Counted from the stretch's first letter, positions 21,253 to 31,158 are shown. The stretch: DNA of 46,349 nt from Phyllobacteriaceae bacterium (GCA_031377485.1 JANMEX010000483.1:1-46349); one strand, 5' to 3'. Program-made: numbers and translations. The notes: generated from the sequence alone by a model not told the origin.

Positions 21253-22170
21253 ATGTCCTTCTTTCCCGGCAAGGACCCTGAACCTGGCGACAAGTTTGCC
21301 TGCGATGCCATCCAAACCATGGTCGTGGCGAGCGCCAAGGATATCGGCGGATTTGAGGTTCGACGGGCCTTGCCGACGGCCAAGCGGCGGATGGTCGGGC
21401 CTTTCATTTTCTTTGATCAGATGGGACCGGCGGTTTTGACGCCGGAAAAAATGCTCGATGTTCGTCCACATCCGCATATCGGGCTGGCGACGGTCACCTA
21501 TCTGTTTGACGGAAAGATCCGCCACCGGGACTCGCTTGGCACGGAAATGGTGATTGCACCCGGCGATGTGAATTTGATGACGGCCGGGCGCGGGATTGTC
21601 CATTCCGAGCGGACTCCGGAGGAGATGCGCGGCGACCCTATGGCGATGTCGGGATTGCAGACATGGATCGCGTTGCCGGAAAAAATCGAGGATATGGCCC
21701 CGGCATTTGCCAATGTCAGGTCCGCGCTGCTGCCGGAATATACCGACCCGAATATGGCGATGCGTGTGATCATGGGTTCGTTCGCCGGCATGAACGCGCC
21801 GGTGCCCACCTATTCGGACACAGTCTATGTCGATGTGCGGCTGAACGCCGCGCAGCTGTTCAAATTGCCTTCCGACATCGAGGAGCGGGCGATCTATATT
21901 TTGTCCGGCGAAGTCGATATTTCCGGTGACCGGTTCGGGCAGTACAGGCTGTTGGTGTTCAAGCCGGGTGATGAAATTGTGCTGGTTGCTGCCACAAATA
22001 CGCATTTTGTGTTGTTGGGCGGGGCATCCATCGGCTCCAAGCGGTACATCTGGTGGAATTTCGTTTCTTCGTCGCAAGAAAAAATTGAACAAGCCAAGGA
22101 AGAGTGGCGGACAGGCAGGTTTGACATCGTGCCGGGTGACGAGGAAGAATTCATTCCGCTTCCGGCCTGA
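21253..22170 (+). CDS. Pirin family protein
   Basis: Bicupin with the [15 protein letters not shown] metal-site motif. GAGGGA lies upstream of the ATG. Confidence 0.9.
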   Translation: MSFFPGKDPEPGDKFACDAIQTMVVASAKDIGGFEVRRALPTAKRRMVGPFIFFDQMGPAVLTPEKMLDVRPHPHIGLATVTYLFDGKIRHRDSLGTEMVIAPGDVNLMTAGRGIVHSERTPEEMRGDPMAMSGLQTWIALPEKIEDMAPAFANVRSALLPEYTDPNMAMRVIMGSFAGMNAPVPTYSDTVYVDVRLNAAQLFKLPSDIEERAIYILSGEVDISGDRFGQYRLLVFKPGDEIVLVAATNTHFVLLGGASIGSKRYIWWNFVSSSQEKIEQAKEEWRTGRFDIVPGDEEEFIPLPA

Positions 22171-22277
22171 CAATCTGCCCTGCAAAACTCATTAATTGGT
22201 GCAAGAAATGGCCTGCGTCTTGCTCCAAAGAAGGCGTTCCGTTAGACCAGACCTTCATAACAAAGGCCGCTGCCGAA

Positions 22278-24191
22278 TTGACCGCCCCCATTACCCCATT
22301 GCTCGACACGATTGCCATCCCAGCTGACCTGCGCCGGATCGCCGAATCCGACTTGGTCCGCGTGGCAGCGGAAGTGCGGGCGGAGATGATCGACGCGGTA
22401 TCCAAGACCGGCGGGCACCTTGGCGCAGGCCTTGGTGTGGTCGAACTGACAGTGGCGCTGCATTATGTATTCAACACGCCTGATGACCGGTTGATCTGGG
22501 ATGTCGGACACCAAGCGTATCCACACAAGATTTTGACCGGACGGCGCGACCGCATTCGCACGTTGCGTCAGGAAGGCGGGCTTTCCGGCTTCACCAAGCG
22601 CTCCGAGAGCGAATATGACCCCTTTGGTACAGCTCATTCCTCAACCTCAATTTCTGCCGGGCTTGGAATGGCCGTGGCGCGGGACCTGTCAGGCAAAAAC
22701 AACAATGTGATTTCGGTGATCGGCGACGGTGCGATGTCCGCAGGCATGGCGTTCGAAGCCCTCAACAATGCGGGAGCCATGGATGCTCGCCTGATTGTGG
22801 TCCTGAACGACAATGACATGTCGATTGCGCCACCGACGGGAGCCATGAGCGCCTATCTTGCGCGACTGGCTTCGGGACGCACTTACCTTGGCCTGCGCGA
22901 TATCGGTAAGAAACTAACCAAATATCTTGGCAAGCGCATAGACCGGGCGATCACGCGCGCCGTGGAGCACGCCCGAGGCTACGTGACCGGCGGGACAATG
23001 TTCGAAGAGCTCGGCTTTTACCACATCGGGCCGATTGACGGGCATGATCTGGATACACTGGTCTCGGTGTTGCGCAACGTGCGCGACAATTACAAAGGTC
23101 CGGTGTTGATCCATGTGGTGACGCAAAAGGGCAAAGGGTATGCGCCTGCCGAAGCGGCTGCCGATAAATATCACGGCGTCAACAAGTTTGACGTCGTGAC
23201 AGGAACGCAATCCAAGCCGCCAGCCAACGCTCCGAGTTACACGCGGGTTTTCGGTGATAGCCTGGCGATTGAAGGCGCGCACGATGACAAGATTGTCGGC
23301 GTTACAGCAGCCATGCCCAATGGCACCGGCCTCGATATTTTCGGCAAGGCTTTTCCCGGGCGGCTGTTTGATGTCGGGATTGCCGAGCAACATGCGGTGA
23401 CATTTGCGGCGGGTCTGGCGACCGAAGGGTATAAGCCGTTCGTGGCGATCTATTCGACGTTTCTGCAGCGGGCCTATGATCAGGTGGTGCACGATGTTGC
23501 CATCCAGGGGCTGCCGGTGCGGTTCCCGATCGACCGGGCAGGCTATGTAGGTGCGGACGGGGCGACGCATGCGGGGTCGTTTGACACGACATACCTTGCC
23601 ACACTTCCCGGTTTTGTGGTGATGGCGGCAGCGGACGAAGCGGAGTTGCGCCATATGGTACGCACGGCTGCCGAGTATAATGAAGGACCTATTTCGTTCC
23701 GCTATCCGCGCGGTGACGGTGTGGGTGTTGACCTGCCCGAGCGCGGTTCTATCCTGCCAATTGGCATGGGTCGCATCGTCAAGGAAGGAACGCGTGTGGC
23801 GCTGCTCTCGTTCGGGACGCGCTTGCAAGAATGCCTTGCGGCAGCAGCAGAATTGGATGCGGCCGGGCTTTCAACCACCGTGGCCGATGCACGGTTTGCC
23901 AAGCCTCTTGACGAGGATTTGATCCGGCGTCTGGCCAAGAACCATGAAGTTTTGATCACTGTGGAAGAAGGTGCTGTTGGCGGGTTTGGCAGTCATGTTC
24001 TGCAGTTTCTGGCCACCAACGGCTTGCTCGACATCGGATTGAAGGTGCGCGCGCTTTGTCTGCCGGACGAATTTACGGACCATGCCAAGCCGGAGCGCAT
24101 GTATGAAAATGCTGGGCTGGATGCCAAGGGCATTGTGCACACCGTGTTTGCCGCATTGGGTGAGCAAATGAAGGCCCCGGCGCGGGCTTGA
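22278..24191 (+). CDS. dxs: 1-deoxy-D-xylulose-5-phosphate synthase
   Basis: TPLLD N-terminus, [18 protein letters not shown], the [15 protein letters not shown] ThDP motif and transketolase-like C-terminal domains. It has an apparent TTG start. Confidence 0.96.
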   Translation: MTAPITPLLDTIAIPADLRRIAESDLVRVAAEVRAEMIDAVSKTGGHLGAGLGVVELTVALHYVFNTPDDRLIWDVGHQAYPHKILTGRRDRIRTLRQEGGLSGFTKRSESEYDPFGTAHSSTSISAGLGMAVARDLSGKNNNVISVIGDGAMSAGMAFEALNNAGAMDARLIVVLNDNDMSIAPPTGAMSAYLARLASGRTYLGLRDIGKKLTKYLGKRIDRAITRAVEHARGYVTGGTMFEELGFYHIGPIDGHDLDTLVSVLRNVRDNYKGPVLIHVVTQKGKGYAPAEAAADKYHGVNKFDVVTGTQSKPPANAPSYTRVFGDSLAIEGAHDDKIVGVTAAMPNGTGLDIFGKAFPGRLFDVGIAEQHAVTFAAGLATEGYKPFVAIYSTFLQRAYDQVVHDVAIQGLPVRFPIDRAGYVGADGATHAGSFDTTYLATLPGFVVMAAADEAELRHMVRTAAEYNEGPISFRYPRGDGVGVDLPERGSILPIGMGRIVKEGTRVALLSFGTRLQECLAAAAELDAAGLSTTVADARFAKPLDEDLIRRLAKNHEVLITVEEGAVGGFGSHVLQFLATNGLLDIGLKVRALCLPDEFTDHAKPERMYENAGLDAKGIVHTVFAALGEQMKAPARA

Positions 24192-24419
24192 GAGTTCACA
24201 TCAGGTCTTTCTGGATTTGATTCCGGTGTCGGGTCTAACCTGCTGAAAACATGCGTTTTCGGAAAGCCTCTGGCTTTTGTGCGCTACTGTCGAAGGCACA
24301 AGTCTTGCGCAGGTAACACATTGCTCACCAAACCATTTTGCAAAGCGCTAACTTCTCTTGTTTGCTGAAGATTCTCACATTTGCTGTATCCCCGTTTGTA
24401 GAGTTACAGGGAGACCAAG

Positions 24420-24758
24420 ATGCTGAGAACAGCACTGCTCGCCGCATTGATTGCCGGATTTGCATCGGGTGCCGTGGCGTTTGAAGGACCGAAATATGAC
24501 CGCAAGATTGAAGCTGCGGTGAAGAGAATTGTTGCCAAAAAGGTTGGCGATATTCGCGGCGCGTTTGACGCGGAAGCCCGGCCGGTTATCGCCAGCGAAA
24601 CCGAAGTGCTTGCCATTCCAGCTGAACAGCCGCTGGTGCAGGTCGCGTTGCTTGATGTTGCCGTGCAGCCCCTGTTTCAACCATCGAAGACCTATCATTC
24701 GGGCCGACCTGAACCCATTCCCACGGTTCGTAAGGCTACAAGTTTCCAGTACTTTTAA
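24420..24758 (+). CDS. Small secreted hypothetical protein
   Basis: Signal peptide MLRTALLAALIAGFASGAVA and GGGAGA upstream of the ATG. No recognisable domain. Confidence 0.6.
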   Translation: MLRTALLAALIAGFASGAVAFEGPKYDRKIEAAVKRIVAKKVGDIRGAFDAEARPVIASETEVLAIPAEQPLVQVALLDVAVQPLFQPSKTYHSGRPEPIPTVRKATSFQYF

Positions 24759-24803
24759 GCTCTTTGACTTGTAAGCATCAAAGCTGTCGGGCATTGAAGT
24801 CCG

Positions 24804-25562
24804 ATGAATGTTGCTGTTTCAAAACGTCTGCGGCTTGATGAAACGCTCGTCGTGCGGGGGCTTTACGTTTCCCGCTCGCGGGCGCGCGACGCAATTCTTC
24901 GCGGAACAGTTCTGGTCGGCGGCGCAGTAGTTTCAAAGCCCGGGCAAGTGGTCGATGCGCAAGCAGTCATTGCAATTGTCGATCCGGCGCAAGCCTATGT
25001 TTCGCGTGCTGCGCTCAAGCTGGTGGCCGGGTTGGACTTTTTCCGGCTTTCGCCGGAAGGGAGAGCAGCACTCGATATCGGGGCATCGACCGGTGGATTT
25101 GTGCAAGTGCTATTGCAGCGCGGCGCGACGCATGTCATCGGCGTTGACGTGGGGCACGGGCAATTGCATGCCTCGCTCGTCAACGATGGGCGGGTGACCA
25201 ATCTTGAAGGATTAAATGCAAGAGAGCTTTCCCGCGAATATCTTGGCGAGCGAAAAATCGAATTTGTGACCAGCGATGTCAGCTTCATTTCACTCAAATT
25301 GGCGCTGCCACCGGCGCTGGAATTGGCGGAAGCCGGTGCGCATTGCGTGCTGTTGGTCAAGCCGCAATTTGAAGCGGGGCGCGAGGCGATCGGCAAGGGC
25401 GGGTTGTTGAAAGACATGGCGCTTGGGCCGAAAATTGCCGGTGATTTAAGTGCATGGCTGGGCACGCAAAAGGGCTGGCGGGCAATTGGGGTTTGCGATT
25501 CACCGATTGAAGGCGCAGATGGCAACCATGAATATCTGCTTGGCGGGATAAAAGACCAATGA
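24804..25562 (+). CDS. tlyA: TlyA family rRNA (cytidine-2'-O)-methyltransferase
   Basis: N-terminal S4 domain (RLDETLVVRGLYVSRSRARDAI), an FtsJ-type methyltransferase fold (LDIGASTGGF) and the SDVSFISL motif. Confidence 0.92.
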   Translation: MNVAVSKRLRLDETLVVRGLYVSRSRARDAILRGTVLVGGAVVSKPGQVVDAQAVIAIVDPAQAYVSRAALKLVAGLDFFRLSPEGRAALDIGASTGGFVQVLLQRGATHVIGVDVGHGQLHASLVNDGRVTNLEGLNARELSREYLGERKIEFVTSDVSFISLKLALPPALELAEAGAHCVLLVKPQFEAGREAIGKGGLLKDMALGPKIAGDLSAWLGTQKGWRAIGVCDSPIEGADGNHEYLLGGIKDQ

Positions 25563-26815
25563 ATTTGACGATTACCGAAATGGGCTCGCGCGGAGAAGGT
25601 CTGGCCACGGGGCCTAGCGGACCTGTGCATGTGCCTTACACATTGCCGGGCGAGAGCGTGAACGTTGCAGTTAATGGCGGACGCGGGACAGTGATGTCGA
25701 TCCTTGAACCATCGGCGGATCGCGTGACGCCGGCTTGCAGACATTTCGAGCATTGTGGCGGCTGCATGCTGCAGCATTGGCAGACCAGTGTGCAATTGGA
25801 GTGGAAGCGGCTTGAGGTGCGCGACGCGTTGGCCAAGCGCGGAATTGAGGCGGAGGTTCGGCCAATCATCGGCTGTGAGCCGGGCGAGCGGCGGCGGGTG
25901 ACATTCACTGTGCGCGAAGTTCAGGGGCGTAAAGTCACGGGGTATAATGCGGCTCAAAGCCATGATGTGATCGAGATCACGGAGTGCCCAATTGCCGCGC
26001 CGCAGATTGTCACTGCGCTCGGCGTGGTGCGCGAATTGGCAAAGATCGTCAAGTTCGGGCGGGAGGGCGGCCATATTGCCGTAACGCTGACCGAGAGCGG
26101 CCTTGATATGCACGTGTCGGGAATTGACAAGCTCGCGGATGAACTGCGGCGCAAGATGAGTGCATTTGCGCTGGCGCATGGCTTGGCGCGGATATCGGCC
26201 GATGAAGAAGTGCTGGTCGAGCCAAAGCGGCCAGTGATCCATTTCGGGCCAGTAGCAGTCACCCCGCCGCCCGGTGGCTTTTTGCAGGCTTCGGCGCGGA
26301 TTGAAGTGGCCATGGCCGAACTGGTGGTTGCGCACTTTGCCAAAGCGAAGAATGTTGCGGACCTCTTTGCCGGGTCTGGTGCGTTCACGTTCCGCATTGC
26401 CGGCAAGGCGCCTGTGCATGCCGTTGAGGGCGAAAAGGCAGCGGTTGCCGCGCTCGATCGCGGTCGGCGTGGTTTGCAGGGTGTCAAGGCGATTACAGTC
26501 GAACAGCGCGACCTGTTTCGCAGGCCGTTAATGGTTTCCGAACTGAAGGCTTATGATGCCGTGGTGTTTGATCCGCCGCGCGCTGGTGCTGAGGATCAGG
26601 CCAGGATGCTGGCGAAGTCCGGCGTCCGGTGGATTGCGGCCGTGTCCTGCAATCCGGCGACGCTGGCACGTGACCTGCGGATTTTGATCGACGGTGGCTA
26701 CAATCTTATAAGCGTGACGCCGTTCGACCAGTTTCTGTGGTCGGCTCATGTTGAGGCTGTTGCCCTTTTGGAAAATCCGAATGCAGGTTCAGGCCCGCGC
26801 AAAATCTTCGGCTGA
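25559..26815 (+). CDS. Class I SAM-dependent RNA (uracil-5) methyltransferase, RlmD/TrmA family
   Basis: TRAM-like N-terminus, Cys cluster CRHFEHCGGCMLQH, DLFAGSGAF SAM motif, DPPRAG, and a C-terminal SCNPATLARD catalytic-Cys motif. ATGA overlap with tlyA. Confidence 0.88.
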   Translation: MNLTITEMGSRGEGLATGPSGPVHVPYTLPGESVNVAVNGGRGTVMSILEPSADRVTPACRHFEHCGGCMLQHWQTSVQLEWKRLEVRDALAKRGIEAEVRPIIGCEPGERRRVTFTVREVQGRKVTGYNAAQSHDVIEITECPIAAPQIVTALGVVRELAKIVKFGREGGHIAVTLTESGLDMHVSGIDKLADELRRKMSAFALAHGLARISADEEVLVEPKRPVIHFGPVAVTPPPGGFLQASARIEVAMAELVVAHFAKAKNVADLFAGSGAFTFRIAGKAPVHAVEGEKAAVAALDRGRRGLQGVKAITVEQRDLFRRPLMVSELKAYDAVVFDPPRAGAEDQARMLAKSGVRWIAAVSCNPATLARDLRILIDGGYNLISVTPFDQFLWSAHVEAVALLENPNAGSGPRKIFG

Positions 26816-27706
26816 CAGCGCAAACACCTCGCCTTGGCTTTCCTCTGTGTCAAGAAACAGGAAGGGCAAGTTCGGGTATTCGGCGATCAGCTGATCGCGG
26901 CCGGTACCGAATTCGCAGATCAGCAAGCCTGTTTCGGTGAGGTGATTTGGTGCTTCGGCCAAAATCAGGCGAACAAGATCAAAGCCGTCGTCGCCGGAAA
27001 CATGGGCCATTTCAGGTTCGGCGGCGTGTTCGGGGGCGAAGGCTTCGACTTCCTCTTCTGCAACGTAGGGCGGGTTGGCGAGGATCAGGTCGTAACGGCG
27101 GCCCTCGAGAGCCGAAAACAAATTGCCTTGATGCAGGCTGATCCGGTCTTCAAGGCCGTGGGTGGCGAGATTGATCTGCGCGACTTCCAGTGCATCGGCG
27201 GAGAGGTCAGTTGCATCGATCATTGCGTTTTCGAATCGCATTGCGGCGAGGACGGCGAGGCAGGCGGAGCCGGTGCAAAGATCAAGTACAGTCTCAATGG
27301 ATTCGGGCTCCTGGATCAGCGCGTTTTCGCCGCCTGCGAAATCACCACGGCCCAGAAGCTCGCCAATGTAGGATCGCGGGATGATGACGCGCTCGTCAAC
27401 GTAGAACGGCACGCCGTGCATATAGGCCTTGTTCAAAAGATAGGGCAGCGGCCTCCGTGTCGTGACACGGGCTTCGATCAGGCTCGCGAGTCGCTGGCGT
27501 TCGGTTTCGAGCAGGCGAGCTTCGAGAAAAGGCTCCAGCCGGTCGATGGGAAGGTTCAAGCCTTCGAGCACAAGGTATGCGCCTTCGTCGTAAGCGTTTG
27601 TCGTGCCGTGACCATAGACCAGATTGGCTGCGTTGAAGCGCGACACTGCGTAACGCAGGAAATCGCGGATCGTTAGCATTGTTGATGCGGGCGAATTGGT
27701 CATCAT
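26789..27706 (-). CDS. prmB: 50S ribosomal protein L3 N5-glutamine methyltransferase
   Basis: Collinear with E. coli PrmB: IRDFLRYAVSRFNAANLVYGHGT, FYVDERVIIPRS, NPPYV, LICEFG. Confidence 0.93.
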   Translation of the reverse strand: MMTNSPASTMLTIRDFLRYAVSRFNAANLVYGHGTTNAYDEGAYLVLEGLNLPIDRLEPFLEARLLETERQRLASLIEARVTTRRPLPYLLNKAYMHGVPFYVDERVIIPRSYIGELLGRGDFAGGENALIQEPESIETVLDLCTGSACLAVLAAMRFENAMIDATDLSADALEVAQINLATHGLEDRISLHQGNLFSALEGRRYDLILANPPYVAEEEVEAFAPEHAAEPEMAHVSGDDGFDLVRLILAEAPNHLTETGLLICEFGTGRDQLIAEYPNLPFLFLDTEESQGEVFALSAEDFARA

Positions 27707-27824
27707 GCTTCCCAGTTTGGCAGGTGAGTAGCGCTGTGCACTTGCTGTGGCAACTGACGTTTGGAGAAGATGGTTGACCGCGGCGTGCCGTGCGGGTGAT
27801 GAGTTGCGGCAATGGAGAGAAAAT

Positions 27825-28436
27825 ATGGCAGATTTGTTCGGGGATCAGCAGATGGAAATCATGCCGTCGCGGAGGCTGAAAGCCACCGTGAATTCGGTTC
27901 TGGTTGCGCCAGCAGACCATTTTGTAACAGTCGCACGCGATGCGCTTGACCTGACATTTGACGGGATCGTCGATGATTATCATGCTGGCGCAACCCGCAA
28001 GGCGGGCGGGCGCGAGCCTTGGTATCCGCGCGGGACAGTGATCCGGAACGAACGGCAAGTCTCGCTTGTAGCGGCGGATGAGTTGGCAGCGATAGCCCGG
28101 CAAATGGGCGTTTCCCAGATCAAGCCGGAATGGCTTGGCGCCAACATGGTGATTTCCGGAATTGCCAACCTTTCAATGCTGCCGCCGCGCACCTTGTTGT
28201 TTTTTGAAGGTGGCGTGACGCTGAAAGTTGATGGACAGAATGCGCCGTGCAAGTACGCCGGGCGGGCCGTGGCAGACGGTTTGGGACTGGGCAATCTGGA
28301 TGAAATCGCGCTGGCGTTTGTCAAGGCCGCAAAGCGACTGCGCGGTCTGGTCGCTTGGGTGGAAAAGCCGGGCAAAATTACCGCTGGCGCTGCGCTTGAA
28401 GCGCGGGTGCCCGAGCAGTGGTTTTACCGACCTTAA
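27825..28436 (+). CDS. MOSC domain-containing protein
   Basis: Beta-barrel MOSC-like region with the conserved cysteine context (GQNAPCKYAG). ATG at 27825 has GGAGAG 5 nt upstream, so the upstream GTG extension was discarded. Confidence 0.75.
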   Translation: MADLFGDQQMEIMPSRRLKATVNSVLVAPADHFVTVARDALDLTFDGIVDDYHAGATRKAGGREPWYPRGTVIRNERQVSLVAADELAAIARQMGVSQIKPEWLGANMVISGIANLSMLPPRTLLFFEGGVTLKVDGQNAPCKYAGRAVADGLGLGNLDEIALAFVKAAKRLRGLVAWVEKPGKITAGAALEARVPEQWFYRP

Positions 28437-28744
28437 GCTTCTTCATCCGGATCAATAAATCGCGTGGCGCGCCATTCCGTGAGTTTGGCGTTGATGGCTT
28501 CAAGACAGAAATGCCGAGCGGATTCTTGATCGTAGCCTTCGCGTAGCAGGGCGTCATAATCTGTATATTGGTGGCGGATGAGAGCGATGAGTGACAGCCA
28601 GGTGCTGATTCCCGCTGGATAGCTGCGCAGATGGCGCGAGGCGGCTTGTGCTTTCACTGCCTCAGCATCCGAGTACGGTATGCCTGGCACCCAAGTGACA
28701 AGCGCTTTGGCAATTTCTTTCTGTAACTTGTTTGAAAGCGACAA
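28433..28744 (-). CDS. DUF2293-like protein
   Basis: The C-terminal block LIRHQYTDYDALLREGYDQESARHFCLEAINAKLTEW matches my memory of DUF2293. The ORF-track version runs into the sahR gene, so a TTG at 28744 is proposed as the start. The start is uncertain. Confidence 0.5.
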   Translation of the reverse strand: MSLSNKLQKEIAKALVTWVPGIPYSDAEAVKAQAASRHLRSYPAGISTWLSLIALIRHQYTDYDALLREGYDQESARHFCLEAINAKLTEWRATRFIDPDEEA

Positions 28745-28782
28745 AAATCTGTCTCCGTGCGACTTGCGCACTGTTTGCAAAT

Positions 28783-28804
28783 GACATAAACATATCTTTA
28801 TGTC
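28783..28804. promoter_or_regulatory. Perfect inverted repeat GACATAAA-N6-TTTATGTC, candidate operator for the adjacent ArsR/SahR-type regulator
   Basis: 8-bp arms with a 6-bp spacer, ending 15 nt upstream of the sahR ATG. It sits in the 75-bp divergent spacer. Confidence 0.5.
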
Positions 28805-28819
28805 TATTGCGAGGATGAT

Positions 28820-29830
28820 ATGAGCGTGGTTCAACTGCCCCTTGATGGTTTGGTGGATACCTTGAAAGCGGTGGCGGAATCCAGCCGCCTTCGCATACTG
28901 CATTTGTTGAAGCGCGGCGACTTGACCGTGACGGATATCACCACAGTGCTTGGCCAATCACAGCCGCGCGTATCGCGACATTTAAAGCTGTTATACGAAG
29001 CCGGACTAATCACGCGCTATCAGGAAGGCTCTTGGGCGTACTTTCGCATGGATGACGCCACGCTTGCCGGTCAGTTGGCGGATGCGCTGGCGGCCCGGCT
29101 TGATGCTGAGGACCGGATATTGGCGCGCGATCTTGAGCGCCTTTCGGAAGTCAAACAGGCGCGGCAATCGCGTGCAGCGGATTATTTCACCAACAATGCG
29201 CAGGAGTGGGATCAGATACGCTCGCTGCATGCCCCGGATGCTGCCGTAGAGGCAGCTTTGAGCCGGTTGGTTGGTGCGCGGCATTTCCAGTCGATGTTGG
29301 ACCTCGGGACCGGTACGGGCCGGCTGCTTGAGTTGTTTTCGCCGCTTTACCGGCGTGGTGTTGGCATCGACATGAGCCGTGACATGCTTGCCGTAGCACG
29401 GGCCAATCTGGAGCGGGCAGGGATAGCCAACGCGCAGGTGCGACAGGGCGATATTTTGAACCCTCCGGTGGAGCGTGATCATTTTGATCTGGTCACGATC
29501 CATCAGGTACTGCATTTTCTTGATGATCCCCTTGCGGCAATCCGTGAAGCGTCGCGTGCGCTGCGCGCTGGCGGGCGGCTGATTATTGTCGATTTTGCCA
29601 GTCACGACATCGAATCCCTTCGTGAAAAGCACGCGCATGTGCGCCTCGGTTTTTCGGATGAGCAGATTAACGGCTGGCTCAACGAATGTGGCCTCAAACC
29701 GGAGGTTTCGCATGAAGTAAAGCCATCGGGAGCCGGCCAACTTACCGTCAAGATTTGGATCGCCCGTGATCCACGCATCCTCATTGCTGAGCAGGCTGCC
29801 AGCGCAAATACACTGTTGGAGACTGTTTGA
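28820..29830 (+). CDS. sahR: ArsR-type wHTH fused to a SAM-methyltransferase-like domain (SahR-type regulator of methionine/SAM-cycle genes)
   Basis: The N-terminus (LKAVAESSRLRILHLLKRGDLTVTDITTVLGQSQPRVSRHLKLL) is ArsR/SmtB. The C-terminus has methyltransferase motif I (MLDLGTGTGRLL). It is immediately upstream of metF and coupled to it. Confidence 0.8.
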   Translation: MSVVQLPLDGLVDTLKAVAESSRLRILHLLKRGDLTVTDITTVLGQSQPRVSRHLKLLYEAGLITRYQEGSWAYFRMDDATLAGQLADALAARLDAEDRILARDLERLSEVKQARQSRAADYFTNNAQEWDQIRSLHAPDAAVEAALSRLVGARHFQSMLDLGTGTGRLLELFSPLYRRGVGIDMSRDMLAVARANLERAGIANAQVRQGDILNPPVERDHFDLVTIHQVLHFLDDPLAAIREASRALRAGGRLIIVDFASHDIESLREKHAHVRLGFSDEQINGWLNECGLKPEVSHEVKPSGAGQLTVKIWIARDPRILIAEQAASANTLLETV

Positions 29831-30735
29831 TGAATGCTTTTCGCCTTTCGCGCCGCCCGGAGCTCGGCAAGGGCATTCGTGTGTCGTTTGAGTTCTTCCC
29901 GCCAAAAAATGCGGAGATGGAAGAAAGGTTGTGGCAAACCATCGATCGGCTGCAAACACTGGCTCCGGACTTTGTTTCCGTAACCTATGGCGCCGGCGGC
30001 TCAACAAAAGAGCCGACAGGACGGACTGTCAGCAAACTCATCAACGACACCGGCCTTAAAACGGCGGCGCACCTGACCTGCGTCAACGCGTCCAAGGAGC
30101 AAGTCAATGATGTGGTGCGAGAGTATCAGTCGTTCGGCGTCGAGCGCTTTGTGGCGCTGCGCGGCGATCCGGCCACAGGCGTTGGAACGTCATATGTGCC
30201 GCATCCGGACGGCTATCAAAGCTCGCCAGACCTGATTGCCGGTCTAAAGGAAATTGCTGATTTTGACATTTCCGTCTCAGCCTATCCGGAAAAGCATCCG
30301 GAGAGCCATGACTTCGCCACTGACATTGAAATCCTCAAACGCAAGGTGGACGCTGGCGCTGACCGGGCGATCACCCAGTTCTTCTTCGACAATGATGTCT
30401 ATGAGCAATATGTCGAGCGGGTTCGGCGTGCGGGAATTTACATTCCGATCCTTCCGGGCATCTTGCCGGTGCATAATTTCCGTCAGGTTACGAATTTCTG
30501 CTCGCGCTCCGGCACGCATGTGCCGTCATGGCTGGCGGAGCGATTCGAGGGGCTGGATAATGATCCGCAGACGCATGCGCTGGTCGCATCGGCAGTTGCT
30601 GCCGAGCAAGTGCTCGATCTCATCGAGCGTGGTGTACAGGATTTCCATTTTTACACGATGAACAGGTCAGATCTGGTTTTTGCGATATGCCACTTGATTG
30701 GTATTCGCCCCATTCAAACAGCTGCCGCAGCCTGA
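29830..30735 (+). CDS. metF: 5,10-methylenetetrahydrofolate reductase
   Basis: SFEFFPPK, VTYGAGGST, LRGD and ITQFFFD motifs. The ATG overlaps the sahR TGA by one base (TGATG). Confidence 0.95.
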   Translation: MNAFRLSRRPELGKGIRVSFEFFPPKNAEMEERLWQTIDRLQTLAPDFVSVTYGAGGSTKEPTGRTVSKLINDTGLKTAAHLTCVNASKEQVNDVVREYQSFGVERFVALRGDPATGVGTSYVPHPDGYQSSPDLIAGLKEIADFDISVSAYPEKHPESHDFATDIEILKRKVDAGADRAITQFFFDNDVYEQYVERVRRAGIYIPILPGILPVHNFRQVTNFCSRSGTHVPSWLAERFEGLDNDPQTHALVASAVAAEQVLDLIERGVQDFHFYTMNRSDLVFAICHLIGIRPIQTAAAA

Positions 30736-30769
30736 CTTATATCCTGTCAGATAATGAAAAAAGCCGGTT

Positions 30770-30796
30770 GCGTGACAACCGGCTTTCAAAACAGTT
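30770..30796. terminator. Rho-independent terminator, strongest for the minus-strand small ORF and also placed after metF
   Basis: 11-bp stem AAAGCCGGTTG/CAACCGGCTTT with a 5-nt loop. On the minus strand it is followed by TTTTTT. Confidence 0.8.
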
Positions 30797-30831
30797 CCTG
30801 GCGGACTTGATTTCCGCGACCGGGGTTAGGG

Positions 30832-30918
30832 TTAGTTTACCAGCCCCAGCACAATTGCGCTGACAAATGCGAACGCTGCACAGAACATCACAACGTTGAG
30901 AGATTTTGTTAAATCCAT
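30832..30918 (-). CDS. 28-aa hydrophobic single-TM peptide (MDLTKSLNVVMFCAAFAFVSAIVLGLVN)
   Basis: ATG preceded by AAAGGAGG at 7-nt spacing. It has its own terminator 35 nt downstream and an AT-rich upstream region with a possible TTGCGT-N16-TATGTT promoter. Confidence 0.55.
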   Translation of the reverse strand: MDLTKSLNVVMFCAAFAFVSAIVLGLVN

Positions 30919-31158
30919 CGGTGCGCCTCCTTTGTCGATGCCACCTAAACATATGCTTTTGTTGCATACACGCAAGGGCATTCCATGCTGCATTGCGGCG
31001 AAATTGTGGAAAATCGTTTCTTTTGACATAGCTAACATATTGAAAATATGAACTATTTAAGCAAATTCATTATTTATTAAAGTTGGTTAAATGGCGATTT
31101 GCCAAATGTCCGGGCATAGACCGCCTGGCCTATTCGGCAGAGGAAAAACGCTTAACAA

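Noticed and set aside
21220-22185. 321-aa minus-strand ORF
   Set aside because: It is antisense to the pirin gene and extremely Arg/His/Pro-rich, so it is an artefact.
22914-23828. 304-aa minus-strand ORF
   Set aside because: It is antisense to dxs and is an artefact of GC-rich third positions.
24995-26419. 474-aa minus-strand ORF, the longest unexplained ORF in the track
   Set aside because: It lies entirely antisense to the well-supported tlyA and RNA methyltransferase genes. Its Arg/Pro/Ser/Ala-rich composition with no motifs is typical of stop-poor antisense frames in GC-rich coding DNA.
26834-27676. 280-aa plus-strand ORF
   Set aside because: It is antisense to prmB, which aligns end to end with E. 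coli PrmB.
29006-30007. 333-aa minus-strand ORF
   Set aside because: It is antisense to the sahR and metF genes and has no motifs.
30832-31038. 68-aa version of the small minus-strand ORF
   Set aside because: The strong AAAGGAGG Shine-Dalgarno sequence sits inside it, directly in front of the internal Met at 30918. The upstream 40 aa have no coding character, so the 28-aa form is preferred.
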